A stretch of 64,000 bases of DNA from the human T2T-CHM13v2.0 reference genome, Homo sapiens: NCBI RefSeq assembly GCF_009914755.1, contig NC_060926.1. One strand, given 5' to 3'. Under the pieces are notes generated by a model, which saw only the letters and a list, made by a program, of their open reading frames with translations, searched no databases and was not told the origin of the DNA. A program made the position numbers and the translations under genes. This document shows positions 33,462 to 47,180 of the stretch, piece after piece; position 1 is the first letter of the stretch, and each line of letters starts with the position of its first letter.

Positions 33462-35294
33462 GTATTAGAAGGTATTTAGGGCCTGCTAAGCATGCTGGGT
33501 GCTTCCTTCTGTTCCTACCCATCCTATCCCAGGGTGTCCAGCTCATTGCTACCCCTTGCTCTTGCCCTTGGTCAGGTCAGAAAACCCCATCAAACATGGA
33601 GCAAAACCAAGTAACATCTTTTTTTCACACCCTGTGATCTCAAGTTTCTACTAATTTATTGCAACTAAGCTAGGAGATACGAACTTCTCCCTTTTACGCT
33701 GTTCATTTTTGTTCCTTATTTCTGTTTTTTTTTTTTAAAAAGATGGTTGTCATATCAGTTTGTTTTTCTTTACTGTCCTAAGGTTTTTGCATTTCACCCC
33801 TTGCCATAGATTTTAGTATAAAAAAGTCTGACTCTTTTCTTTTTAAAACAATTTTTATATTTTTATGCACATATCTATGAGGTACATGAGATTGACTTTT
33901 TTTCTTTGCAAACTTTCTGAAATGTTTCTGATTGTAATGTAATAGACAAGTAATTAAATATGGATTTAAAGAGTGATTTTCTTTTGTCTCATTTCATCAT
34001 CAGGGGAAGAAAACAGTCATGGCCATCAGTCTGTGGGGCCCTGTGGTGTTAATATAAGGTTTTGACTAGAAACTTTTTATCCTCCATTCTCAAACCATTT
34101 TATCAGTCCTTGGAATTTTCTCTAATTTTGCCAAGGGTTCCCAGGGGAATCCCCACCAGGTTTTAATGGCTTGGAGACAGACAGGATAATGCTACACTAC
34201 TCCGTTTCCTAATATCCTCCTCACATGTTCACTCTTTGCATAGCCTCTGGGTCCAGGTAAAGTGCTGGCTCGGTGGCTGGTTTGAAACACGAGCCTCCCA
34301 CACATCTGCTGAGGACACTGACTATGGCAGGGAAAGTGACTCTCCAAGTTTTATTTGGGTCGTAAAAATTCATGCTGCGCACCGCCTCTTTAGGAATCTG
34401 TGCCATTAAATGTGGCTAGGTCTAGAGTACATACACTCTGGAGGAAGCCAGAAAGGACATTAAAATGCTTAGTCTATGACACACTTCCTTATTTTTGTCA
34501 TTTTGACATTTATGTGTTGTTTCATTAGGGATTTTTAAGAGAAGACCCTTTTTCAGCAAGAAGTTTTCCCCAGATCACCATTAAGAATCAACAGTTTATA
34601 ATCAAACAGCTGTCTGGTTTGCATTTCAACTGAGCTGGACCACCTGCCGGCTGTTAACCTCTGGAAGGTTATTATGATACAATTGTTGTTGTTGTTTGTT
34701 TAAAAAGTTTCAGAGCTCAAGGAAAATATTAGTAATAAGTTACTTAACCTGCAGTGTTTACTGTTCCCACTCAACTTGCAGATGGTGTTCCAGTGGCCAG
34801 TGAGAGGGAGGACTCATCTGAGACCCACACTATTTTGTACTTGTTTTGGAGATGAACCGTAAAAATAGGCTTGGCAATGAGGAGCTCTGCCCACGTGGGA
34901 GGAGAGGTAGACAGCATTCAAAGGAAACACAACCATTTCTGAGGGCTGAGGTTGCAAGACAATATCTCAACATAACCCTTAGATTCAGCTTGGTAGCTTT
35001 CAGCTGAGGTCTGGTAGAGCAGCTCATTTTTTGAGCACGTGTGATTCAGCCATGGTATTTTGCAGCTTGCCTGCCATCTGCTTTCTTCCCTTATCTCTAC
35101 ATCCCCCTGACTAAGGGAAATGATGGCTGCAGGTTCTCTCAAATAGCCATAGGGGTACAATTTTCTAGGCCCTATAAAAATCCAGTCCCTGGACATCATT
35201 TGCGGATGCTGTGTTTACAGGGCAGCCTGTCTCTCTTCAGAACCTGGGGGCCAGAGAACACGATTGCCATTTGCAGAGGTGGGAAAGGCTCTAT

Positions 35295-35295
<1 letters not shown>

Positions 35296-35326
<31 letters not shown>
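35296..35326. repeat. (GT)n microsatellite next to a G-rich run
   Basis: Directly visible. Confidence 0.95.
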
Positions 35327-35327
<1 letters not shown>

Positions 35328-35744
35328 GAGGATGGGGGGTGGTGGGGGAGGGTACCTGTAACAAGAGTAAGGACCACTGAGGACAGTGACTGGCTGGAAT
35401 CGGTGTTCCATGAGGAATGAGATTTTTTTCTGTTTTATTTCATTCTTCATCCTCAATGCCCAGAACAGTGACCAGCATATGATGAGCACTCAATAAATAT
35501 TTGATGAATGAAAGAAAGAAAGAATTAATGATCTTTTCTTTTTTCTATTCACCTCTTTATCCCCCCAAGTAATAATGAATAGTAGTCAGTTAAGTGTGGC
35601 TGGTTGACTGTCAGCACTGGTGTAAAACAAAAACAAAAAAACAAAAACAAAACTGCTAAAATTCTTTCTGGCTATACATTTTAGTATACTTAGGGTTGAA
35701 GATTTAGGCAAGAGAACATTCAGGGACTGATTTGGGATGATTTG

Positions 35745-36330
35745 TGAGGCAGAATAGAATGGGAGAAAGAATTCAGACTTGGGTTTGGAGCTGCAGTGTA
35801 CCTGTTTCTTGCTCTGGGAACTTGGGTAAATTAATTAGGCTCTCTGATTCTTAGTTTCTTCATGTGTAAAATGGAATAATAATAGGTATTCTACAGGTTT
35901 TTATATTAGAGATTGTATAGGTAAAAGCTGCAGAGAATAGAGGGGTAGTAAATTATTATAATTATTAATAGTATATTATTACTGTACTATCAATACTATT
36001 ATACTATGTAATATCATTATACTATTATAGTATAATAGTATCAACACTATTGTATATCATGTAATTGTATCAATACTATTATACTACATAATGTCATTAC
36101 TTCTCTCCTTTTTCACACTCACTGCCCACCAAGGAATTAACTTCCTCTGGGCTACAGCATTTTGTAACAGAAACTGTCCAGGATTCTCTGGATTCTAGTT
36201 CTATCTCCACGGGTGGCTAACTGTATAACCCACAGCAAGTTGTTTAATTTTTGAACTTCACTTTTTGCATATGTAAAGTGAAGAAAATAATTATGCTGAT
36301 TCTAACAGGTAGAGAGCATTCAACAAAGTA
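35745..36330 (+). mobile_element. Two MIR fragments flanking an AT-rich low-complexity tract (35950-36100)
   Basis: MIR cores 'cttagtttcttcatgtgtaaaatggaataata' and 'ttctagttctatctccac'. Repeated 'tatcaatactattatacta' between them. Confidence 0.65.
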
Positions 36331-36439
36331 GAGCTATGCAAATGGTTACTTTGCAAAGTTTGTATAACCCTGGGATATTTAATGTGAAGCTACTTGGTCA
36401 ACTGTTAAATATCATGCAAATGTGAGTTGTATGGTTCAG

Positions 36440-38750
36440 TTCATTTCAGCCAACACATTTTTATTGACTATCTACTATGTACCAGATGCTGTGCTAAGTG
36501 CAGTGTTAGGTACAGAGAAATAAGGCAGGACACCTATTTCTGAGGTGCTCTTAATCTGGTGGAGGAGATAATCACATAAACAGAGCACAGTTATCCCTGT
36601 GATAGTGAAGTTCACGTTTGTTCTCTTTGTTCACTGTTCCATGCTGGCACCTCAAAGAAAGCATCTTGTGGAGATGGAAGTGGGGACACCTGGTATGGGG
36701 TTTCACCCTCCTCTTGCATTTGTACGGAGTCAGCAGTAGGTTGTGCTGCCTTGTTTCTTGGATGGCAATAGAATCATTGTAGGATACTCATGTGAAGTCA
36801 ACACCTTCACCATCTCATGTCTTTGCTTGGGAACCTGACAGTGAACCGTGATCTCTTCTTGAAAGTCTCCCAATAGTCTTTGCTTCCACCATGATGTCAT
36901 GGGGAGATTACTCTGAAAGAACTCCAATATGGCCTATGATAAATGGATGAAGAGTGCTTTAGGGAGAGAGTCCATATCTTCTCCATTTATAAGTCCTTAG
37001 CACCAAATACATGTACGCCAAGGGCTAGAATTCACAACTATTTGTTGAATGAATAAGTGATAGAAACTGAATTGACTCATCCTCTCCAGAATTCCCACTC
37101 TCCAAAACCTTTCCACTTTGCCTTCTAGAATCCCCCTTTAGGGATAAGTTCTTTCTTTTATATTCTCAATCTCTTCCCTAAACTGGCATCCGCTTTCTAA
37201 TCCAGCTAAAAAACCCAGGTTTCCCCTGAACACATGGCTTTCTGCAGCTAGTTTCCACCACCCTCACATGACAGGACTCTGGTCTGGGAGGTACTTTGGC
37301 GATGACACTTCCATTATCATTTTATATACAAAATTGCCTTTTCTTCTCTGACAATTATGCCATTCAATTAAACTGCCCTCTGCCTCTCCTTGTTGTAATA
37401 TTTCACCTTCTGCATGATTCTTTCTGTTTCACTGAAGGCTTCTTTAGTCTTCTCTATCCCCAAGCCAAGATCTTCCATCATCCACAGTGAAAACATCATC
37501 TGCGTGATGACCCATTAATACCCTGGCCACTCAGTTCCTTTATCACTTCAGCTCCTAATTTTAGCCTCTTCTTGGTTTTGTCTATGTATCCCATGGTTTT
37601 CTCTGATCTTGGTGTCACCCACTGCTGTTTTGCTGATGAAACCACTGCCATGTTACAATCTAACCATGTCTTCCTCTCCATCTGGGGCTCTCAGAGTCCT
37701 TGTTATTCAGGTGGCTTAGCATTTTCCAGTCCTCCAGCTCTCTAGTTTCTCTTATCTTCACTTTCTTCCCTAATCATCCTAGTCTCATGGTCCATTTAAA
37801 ACCACTCTGTTGCAAGCCTCTTCAACTCCTTGGGTTCAATATACTTTGATCACATAGGCTAAGTAAAACTCTCAATTGTGAATTCTCACTATCTGTCATC
37901 TCCATGCCAGACTGCTGAGTAAATGGGCTGCCAAAAATTAAAGGTCTACAATCTCAGTGTGCTTGGCAGTTCTTTGTATTTTCCTAATCAGCTGTGTATC
38001 TCTTTATCCTATTTTTCATGACATTTATGACAAAGATCCTCCACCTAGCCAACCATCTCCTTCCTCTTAGTAGATGGCATTGTATCTGACTTCCCAGAGA
38101 AAATAGAAGGTGCAAGATAGTATCTCTCTATCTTCCTGCCACCAAATCGACTTATCTGCCTGTATCCATGCCTATCTTGCCCCTACCAAGCCAGCCTCCT
38201 CTCTGCTGAGGGAAATCTTTCTAAAATTCAAATATGACCACTTCGCTCCCTGCCCAATACTCCAGATCTAAAATGGTTCTTAGTGATCTAGCTCCTGTTT
38301 GCCCTTCCAGCTTCATTTATGACTAACTCACTACCTATACCACAGCCTCTACTTTCTAACTGCACAGCTTTTGAAATTATTCATATGCTCTTACCTCCTG
38401 GCCATTGTATATGATATGCCTTCTGCCTAGTATTTTTTCCTCTCTTCCTCACCACCCGTGTGCAGCTAACTCCTACTCATCTTTGATGTTTCAAGTAAGA
38501 TCTCACTTTCTCAAGAAACCTTTCTTGACTGCATCAAGCCACCAAGTATTATGTGCACTTCATCTGCTCCTCTTCTTCTGATTTCAGCACTTATTGTGTA
38601 TTTTCATTGCCTGCTTGTCTTTCAAATTCAGTAAGATCCTTGAAGGCAAGGGCTGTTACTTACTTTCCTTTGTCTCCCTAGCATATAGAAGAGCACTTAC
38701 TCCATGTGTGACACTCATTAAATATTTGCAGGACTAAGACTGAATGAATA
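36440..38750. mobile_element. L2 fragments, including a long plus-strand 3' portion (~37200-38750)
   Basis: 'ttattgactatctactatgtaccag', 'gaaatctttctaaaattcaaatatgacc', 'gtaagatccttgaaggcaagggctgt...tgtctcccta'. Confidence 0.65.
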
Positions 38751-39264
38751 AGATAATGTGTTAGCTATATCTGGAAAGATTGAAACTTGGAAGATAGCAG
38801 CATAAAGAACCATGGAAAGGACATACCTGGCGGAAGGAATTGACTGAGCAAGGTATCTTATGGGGCAATGTCTCAAGAGAGGGCAGAAATTTAATGAGAT
38901 GGATGAATAGAAGCCTGGAGACTTTTTGAGATTTATAAGGTTTGAGTTTCTGGATGCCACTGAGCAGAATTAAACTAACATTTCAGTGGACCAACAACAG
39001 ATGGTTGACTGGATTGATGAGTTGTCTAATTAATGGGTCAGTTCAGTGATATAGTACAATTGGCCAGGAACCTTAGATTATAAAACTCAGTGATGGTCCA
39101 ACAAATGTCCCATCAATATTCTTAAAATAAGGAACAGTTAAGGAGTGGCAGAGTATTAAATCTCTCTCACCAAGTCTTTAATTCTGGAAAATTCTCAGTG
39201 ATTGTCTCTTCATATTTAGCTTCTATGCCATTTCCTTCCTCCTTTTTGAAACTGGGATATTAGG

Positions 39265-39792
39265 GCAGAGATCTAAAAACATTTCTGTAAAGGGCTGGAT
39301 AAATAGGCTGTGTCGCCCATTTAGTTCTTGTAGCAACTATTCAACCCTACCATTGTAGTTTAAAAGTAGTGATAGATCTACTCTCTCGGCTTTGAACTGC
39401 ACCCCCCACCCCGCCCCCGCCCCCGTCTCTGTACAGGGGAGCTTCTTCTTTCTTTCTTCTCCCTTCTTTCTTGCCTATTAAACTCTCCCTCTCTGCTCCT
39501 TAAACCCACCCCAAAAAAAACAAAGTAGTGATAAACAATATGTAAACAGACCAACGTGGTTGTTTAAAGCAGACCAATGTGGTCATTTTATTTATGGTAT
39601 TCATTATGAGACTAAAGTTTTATTTATGAATACCAAAATTGAATTTTCATATAATTTTCATGTGTCATAACATATTATTCTTTTGATTTTTTCCAACCAT
39701 TAAAAACTGTAAAAACCACTTAGCTCACAGGCTGTACAAAAACAGGCAGAGGGCTGAGTTTGGCCTGTGAGCCATAGTTCACTAATCCCAGC
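39265..39792. mobile_element. MER58B-like hAT MITE carrying an internal retro-insertion
   Basis: 'cagagatctaaaaacatttctgtaaagggctggat...ctgtacaaaaacaggcagagggctgagtttggcctgtgagccatagttcactaatcccag'. Confidence 0.8.
39375..39521 (+). mobile_element. Polyadenylated ERV1 LTR fragment (LTR10-like) retrocopied by L1 machinery
   Basis: 'gtctctgtacaggggagcttcttc...cttgcctATTAAActctcc...gctccttaaa', then an A-tail. TSD AAAGTAGTGATA at 39363-39374 and 39522-39533. TT/AAAA target. Confidence 0.85.
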
Positions 39793-40004
39793 ATTAGAGC
39801 ATCTCAATCTGTAACCTGTATTTCTTAGCTATTCTCTCCTATTGTTCCCTGGATTTCTCTGGGGTTTGTTCTGGATGAATTCCTCAATAATATCTTCCAG
39901 TTCCAGAATTCTACTCTTGATCTTGTCCAGTCTAGATTTTAACTTGCCTTACAAGTTTCTTTTATAATTTCTGTGACTTTATTTTTCATTTCCAAGATTT
40001 CTAA

Positions 40005-40369
<365 letters not shown>

Positions 40370-40616
40370 TTTTTTCTCTTAAATAAAGGCTATTACTTCG
40401 TTTTTAATTGAGTACTTTAAATACGCTTATTTTAAAGTCTTTGTTATGCTGTTCTATAAAATCAATTTTATCTGGCATGAATTCATACTCCTATTGCTAA
40501 TTTTTAGCTACTTTTCTTAGCACTAGATTATCTAATATATTTTGGAATTTTGTTATAGAGACTCATTTTGAGTGGGCTCCTCCCCCTCCCCTCCCCTCCC
40601 TACCACAGACACAGAG

Positions 40617-40650
40617 ACACACACACACACACACACTCACACATACACAC
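40617..40650. repeat. Imperfect (CA)n
   Basis: Directly visible. Confidence 0.9.
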
Positions 40651-43290
40651 TTCTCTCCCTTAGTGATCACCTCTCCTTGTCTAGTGGGTTTGTGGCCTCC
40701 GCCTTACCCTTTCCTCCGTCTGCCCTAAATTTAGGATCAGATCTTGTAATAACAGCATTTTAGTCTTCTCCTTAAGATAATATTAAGAGTGTGGCAAAGC
40801 CAGGCACTAAGCCAGTGGATGGATGGCTTAGCTCCTTTCTTGTTTGTGAAGCTGATTATATCTCTGCCTAGCTCCATGGGCCCATATCCCTAATGCTAGG
40901 CACAATGTGGTGGTAGTGTCCCTCCCCCACTTTCAGTTTCATTTTGTCTACAGGGCAGCCTCACACTAGTCCCTAGCTTCAACCTCTCATTTAATATGGA
41001 GCTGGGTTCCTGGCTCTGATGCTTGCTTCCAGACCTGGAACCCTGTTGGCCAGTTGCTATAGCCAAGCCCACCACTTTGCATTTCTGGCCCAAGAATGTT
41101 TATCCTACTACTGAGCTCAGTTATGTCTTTGGATGATTTCTGAAGATTTGGAGAGAGGGATTGCATCAAAGTTTCTCACTCTGTATCATCTTGACCAGAA
41201 AAAAATTACTGGTTTAACTGCCAGAACGTAAGCAACTTGAGTGTAGAGCATCTGTCTATCCTCTTGGCCACTATATTGCTGGTATTAAGCATAGAATAGC
41301 TACTAAATTAATGTTTCTATAATAGATGACAAAGAAATAATATAGATAATTAATGAACAATCTAGATATGTATTAAAATCAAATCTTATTCTTTATGCAA
41401 GTTGCATTTTTTTAATGACAAGCATAATTAGGACCATACTTACTCATCCATTTATCCCATGTATTCAGTGCTTGCAGGAGATATTTGTGGAAGTAGGGCA
41501 AGCCCATGTATTCATAAGTTACTCTTCTGCTTCCTATTAGCATTAGTCTTTGCACCTGTGAGAAAAATAAATAGAACAATGTAAATTTAAAAAATGCCAA
41601 TTATCACTTTCATTACAACATTATTATGCTACCAGTAAGGTAAAAATAAAGGGAGTTGACGCAATGACAGAGGCATTTCTTGATGTTCAATTACCTGCTC
41701 TTGCCATATTAGAGGCATGCATCAAGACCTTAAGTGAAGTTCTATCATTTCTGTGCTTTATAAAGTTGCTTCCTGTTTTAGTTCAAAAGCATTTATGTAA
41801 CATGCATAACCAGGTCTTGAACCCCATGTCAAGACCTCTGTGAGTGTAGCAGTCCTAACTGTCTACTTGGGTAAATGGTCTCCAACTATCCCCATTGGCA
41901 TACTAGCGTTGATGGATTCTAGAGACTAGAAGCCTGGTAGACTGGCAAGAGAAGACCGCATATTAAGTCTAAACCCTCTGTTCTCCCTTCTTTGTTTAAT
42001 TTGGCAAGCTTACAGAAACAAATGGTTCTTCTGAATTCTACTCTTATTGGGTCCCAGAGAGTAAGGAGTTGCCACTTATGTTGAGAACTTCTCAACACAT
42101 TGAGAGACAGCTGCATTTCTTGGGTAAGGGTTACAGTCTGTCTACTGTTTGTGTCTCTGTTAGGTGTGGGTGGAGCTTGTTAAGTCCATCACAGGGGAGA
42201 TTTATCTAGCAGAGATGCAGCAAATATGTGTTAGGTATTATTATTAAGAGCTAGTTTGCTCCAATTCTAAGCCATGCTAAGTGCTGAAGAACAATTTATA
42301 TTGCCAGCTACAATAGTAATATTGGGAGCTTACTGAGATGGCAGAGTAATCTTGTTAGCTATACTACTTTTCTATATTGAAAACATAAAGTACTCTGCAT
42401 CAAATCATACAATCTACATTTTCCCTTTCTCTCTTTGATTATGAACTATTACTATGCTTTGCCATAAAATATGAAAGTTTTACATTTTGATAGTTTTTCA
42501 AACACTGATTTTACTTTCTGTGCAAATACTTCATATCTTTCCAGCATAATTATTTAGCAGCCTTTTCGGGTTAATTATTGTCATTAACAATATGAGTCCT
42601 ATGAGGGAATATCAATTAAAATATGCACAGCTGAACTTTCAAATGAGTAAATAATTTAGTTTTGGAAAATGACTGGAAACAGCAGGGTAACAGTCAAAAG
42701 GGGAACAATTATTTTAATGCTTATTTGACAAATGAGTCATTTTTACAGCAAATTAGATTCTTATCATAGCACCCCTACTGGTTACCACAGGAAAGCTGTT
42801 AACATGAGTTTTTAAAATAAAAGCTGTTAAGTTATGCATGCAAAGTTAAGGAAATCATTTGTATGACGAAAAGGTGATTAGGATATGCATTGTTAGCTGA
42901 TGGAATACTGCCACTGGGATCTAATTAGGGCCATAAATCAAGCAAAATGATGTGTGTATATAGGGCTTGAAACATCAGAGTGATGTGTGCCATTGACAGT
43001 GAGATGGATGACTTCCCCCACCTCTGACTTTCATGGCTGTCCTTGTCTTTGTGCTGGCCAGACCCTAAAGTCCTACTTGAAGTAGGATGGAGACTGAGCC
43101 ATGGGAATTTCCCACTTGTAAAGGATGCCATGAAGGTCTCCAGGATGGACTGTCATTTCTTCCCATTAGGAAAAAGCTCAGGAAAACCAGAATGGTGGCC
43201 TTTAGGATAAATAGCTTTGAGATGAGTTCCAACTTGTGCTTTGTCAGCTTAACTTACTTTTTAAAATTTATTTTTGACTCAGTAATTTTT

Positions 43291-43463
43291 AGAAGGGAAG
43301 AAGAAAGGAAACAAGGATGAGAGAAAGAAGGATGAAGGAAGGAAGAAGGAAAGGAAGGAAGGAAAGAAGGAAGGAAAGAAGAAAGGAAGGAGAAAAGGAA
43401 GGAAGGAAAGAGGAAAGGAAAGAAGAAATGAAGGAAGGAAGGAGGGAAGGAAGGAAGAAAAAA
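43291..43463 (+). repeat. Purine-rich (GGAA/GAAA)n tract
   Basis: About 170 bp of almost pure A/G. Confidence 0.95.
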
Positions 43464-43814
43464 GGCAGGCATTTACAGAACCCATGTATTATTTCCAAGA
43501 TATAAATAGTACTTACTCTAGGCCTCATATCTTGAGTTCAACCCAGAGTTGAGGCAAAGCCTATCTGTAGAGTTTTTGGAGTTCTGAAAGTAGATGCACA
43601 CATGCATCATTTTCTAGCTTTTGCTCATGTGTTTGAATTGCTTACCCCATCATGCCATGGACATCATTCTGTGTCAAAGATTGAAATCACTTTTCTCGAC
43701 CTGTGTGGGAAGTTGAGTGGAGTAAATTGGACAGAGGCTGCCTACTAGTCATAAAAATCAGGCTCCAAGAAATGTTCTAGGGAATCAGACCCCCCGCCAA
43801 ATTATCTAGGCCAA

Positions 43815-43980
43815 TCCCAGACCTGTAGTGTCAGCATCACCACAGGACTTGTTAGGAATGCATTCTCAGGCCCCACCCAGAACTACTGAGTCAGAATCTC
43901 TGGGGATGAGGCCCAGCCATCTGTGTTTTCACAGATTCTTTAGTTGATCCTGATGCATGCTCAAGTTTGAGAAGCACTGA
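43815..43980. mobile_element. MER5A
   Basis: 'cagcatcacc..gacttgttaggaatgc.ttctcaggccccacccagaactactgagtcagaatctctgggg...aagtttgagaagcactg'. Confidence 0.85.
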
Positions 43981-45303
43981 TCTAGGCTAGTCCCTGGAAG
44001 ATCTAAACTGACACTAATTCTTTCAGATGATTATAAAAATTATTCCAAGACCTCATCAGGACTTAAGTGCCCTTATGAGACATCAACCCTAATACACTTC
44101 ACTTCCCTCTGCTGTTTACTGCTAACTATAGGTGTGACCATACATCTTTAGCTTAATGTTTCAGGGTCTAAACTTTTCATGGGGGAAAAAAGGGAGGAAA
44201 CTTTGCCTACAAGGAGGCAGAGTTTTGGACTGATTAACTTGCAACTCTGTTACAAGTTAAAAGTCCTTGATTTGTCATTTTGAGTATGGCTGGGAAGATT
44301 ACAACACAGCAAGAATACATATCAAGAGACACTTTCATTACAGTTTTTTTGAACTCTCTAAAAATTGTCACTCTGACTTATTTCCCCCTTGTGAATTTTC
44401 TGTAGAGAGACCTTAACTTCAGGCTCTGATCTTTGCTTGGTAAACATCTACACTTCAAGTTTAAAGAGTTTACTTTCAAGGAGGACACACTTATATCAGC
44501 TTTTTGAGAGCTCTTAGCCTTGGAACTAAGTAGCTCTGTTCCTCCCTCCTCACATTGCCCCACCCAGTGGGATTTTGACTTCATCCCTTTCTCATCATTG
44601 AGAAATATGATGCTTGTGTCTGTCTTGAAATTCGGTCCAAATCACGTTCTTTTATTATGAGCTTTTTGCCTCCCACCTAATGCTAGACTTGAGTAGTTTC
44701 TGTTAACTATTTGGTGTTGACGGAATGAACTTCCCCACCCAATAATTTCACTAAACCAGTTCTGCAGAAGCTCCTGGCTCATTGAGATGGGGTTGAGAGA
44801 TGGGGATGAGGGAATGGAGGGGTCAAGTGAGGTGTATAAAATTTTTAGCAGCTGCTAACCTGGGGGAGGCAGGGATGTAGGAGAGAAAAATTTATCAAGG
44901 CCCCAGCAGAAGAAGGTGGACATGGGGTAACATTTTGGAAATGCTTATTTCGGGGAGCAAAGTTTAGGAGTATCTAACTCATGTCTAATTTTGCCTTGAG
45001 GAAGGCCATGAAGATCATCTTTATTTGAGCTTCCAAGATGTGTCACTTCTCTCACATGACCTCTCTATAGCTACCACTATTTTCCCCAATGTCTTAAAAA
45101 GAAAAAAACAAACTATTTTTCAAAAGAATCAATGTGTTTCTAGTTAGCTAGCACAGCATCAGCTAGTCAAAGACTTTTATTTCACAGATGGGGAACTAGA
45201 CAAAATGAAGGCCACATGGCTGGGCATAAACTAGGCTGTCTGACTCATGGCTCAGTGTATCACAGGGGCTTCCAGCACCTGGCAAGACCCCATGGTCACC
45301 ATC

Positions 45304-45785
45304 TGTATTAGTCAGTGTTCTTCAGAGAAACAGAATCAATGGGATATAGAGAGATACATATTAGAAGAGATTTATTATAAGAATTGGCTCATGCAGTTAT
45401 GGAGGCTAAGAAACCTCACAATCTGCTGTCTGCAAGCTGGAAAACCAGGAAAGTTGGTAGTGTCATTCAGTCTTAGCTGAATCCCAAAAACCTGAGAACC
45501 AGGAATGCCGATTTCTGAGGGCAGGAGGAGATGGGTATCCCAGCTCAAGCAGGGAAAGCAAATTCACCCTTCCTCCTGACTAGTCAGGTCCTGTTTAGTC
45601 ACGTCCTCACTAGATTGGATGATGCCCACCTATATTGGTGAAAGGAATCTTCTTTACTCTGTCTGCTGATTAAAATGTTGATTTCTTCCAATCACCCTCA
45701 CAGATATATTTAGAAATAATATTTTACCAGCTATCTAGGCATCCCTTAGCCCAGTCAAGTTGAAACACTACACCTAACTATCACG
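45304..45785 (-). mobile_element. MLT2B-like ERVL solo LTR
   Basis: 'tgtattagtcagtgttcttcagagaaacagaatcaat...gatttattataagaattggctcatg...cccagtcaagttga..aactatcac'. TSD CCATC/CAATC. Confidence 0.9.
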
Positions 45786-46739
45786 CAATCATAGTAAGTA
45801 TCATTTAGATGATTGAATCCCTAGAACAGCCCTAGAAGGTAGTTCTTACCACACAGAAGAGGGACTGAGGTTTAGCGATCTTATAGAACTCTCCCTTTGT
45901 CACACAGCTGGTGGATTATAGAGCCTGGACTTTGACACCCTCTAATGACCCTAAAGCCTGTTCATGGGACTGCGTCATTGTGTGTCCATGTGGATGATGG
46001 CTTCTAGATAAAATGAGCATCACAATTCGTTTTCTCAATTTTTCTGTTAATTTCTAGGCCTCATACTTTAGAATATATATGCTCGATCATGACTAGTAGA
46101 ATGTGAAGGAACAGTTTTAAGGACAAGAGTTGTAGAAATTCATACAATTAAAGATTAGTCCAGTTAGAACTCCTTGTATGTACATAAATAAAGGTAATTT
46201 TAAAGACTCAGTTCTTCCTCATCCCCCAGGAGATTTTCCCCACAGAAAGGACCCTTAGAGGTTCCATGTTTCTACATTTGCAGAATTCTTCACTTACTCT
46301 GGCTTTCTTTGGAAGGGATCTGACATAGCCACATATATTTAGTATTTTACACAGGATCCTGCTTTGACAGGGAAGTCAGAATTCACAGATAATTCTGGTT
46401 TATGTTAAAACATGGACTACTGTTAGAATTGTGTTAATTTTCAGCACCCCAGGCAGACTGAACCACATCCACTCTAAAGACCTTGCAGACAGAGGTAGTG
46501 CTCTGGCAGCAGCTCAAGAAACCAATAAACACTGGGAGAGACATGATTTGGATTTGAGGAAGCCATTCAAGGCTAGGGCCTTAGAGTGGCCATGAGAAGG
46601 ACTGTGTCCCTCAGTGTCGTTCTGCTTCTTGGTTCTTGCTGTCAATTTCTGCTCAACTCAGGCCACACCTCCCCCACGGAGACTTCCAAGATCATATGAA
46701 CACTATGACCAAAGTATTGGAATTCTTTTTTCCTTTTGT

Positions 46740-47180
46740 TTCTCCCCTTCCTCCTCTCCTTTCTTCCCTCCTCTCTTCCTTCCTCTCCTCCTTTCCTTCC
46801 TTCCTGCCTCCTCCCTTCCTTCCCTCCTCCTTTCCTTCCTTCTCTCCTTCCCTTCCTTCCCTTCCTTCCCTTCCTTTCTACTTCCCTTCCCCTTCTCCTT
46901 CCTTCCTTCCTTCCTTTCTTCCCTCCCTCCCTTCCCCTTCCTTCCTTCCCTCCTTCCTTCCTTCCCTCCCTTCTCCTTCCCCTTCTCCTTCCCCTTCCCC
47001 TTCTCCTTCTCCTTCCTTGCTTCCTTCCTTCCCTCCCTCCCTCCACCCTTCCTTCCTTCCCTCCTCCTTTCCTTCCTTCTCTCCTCCCTTCCTTCCTCTC
47101 TTCCCTCTCCCTTCCTACTGTCTTTCCTTTCCTTTTGCCCAGTTTCTGGTTTTGTCTCTTCTCTTTCTCTTTTTCCCGCT
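46740..47180 (+). repeat. Pyrimidine-rich (CCTT/CCCT)n tract
   Basis: About 440 bp, mostly C/T, with an internally repeated block. Confidence 0.96.

Noticed and set aside
35596-35652. GGCTGG start plus A-rich tail suggesting a Y-RNA pseudogene
   Set aside because: Similarity stops after about 7 nt, and there is no TSD.
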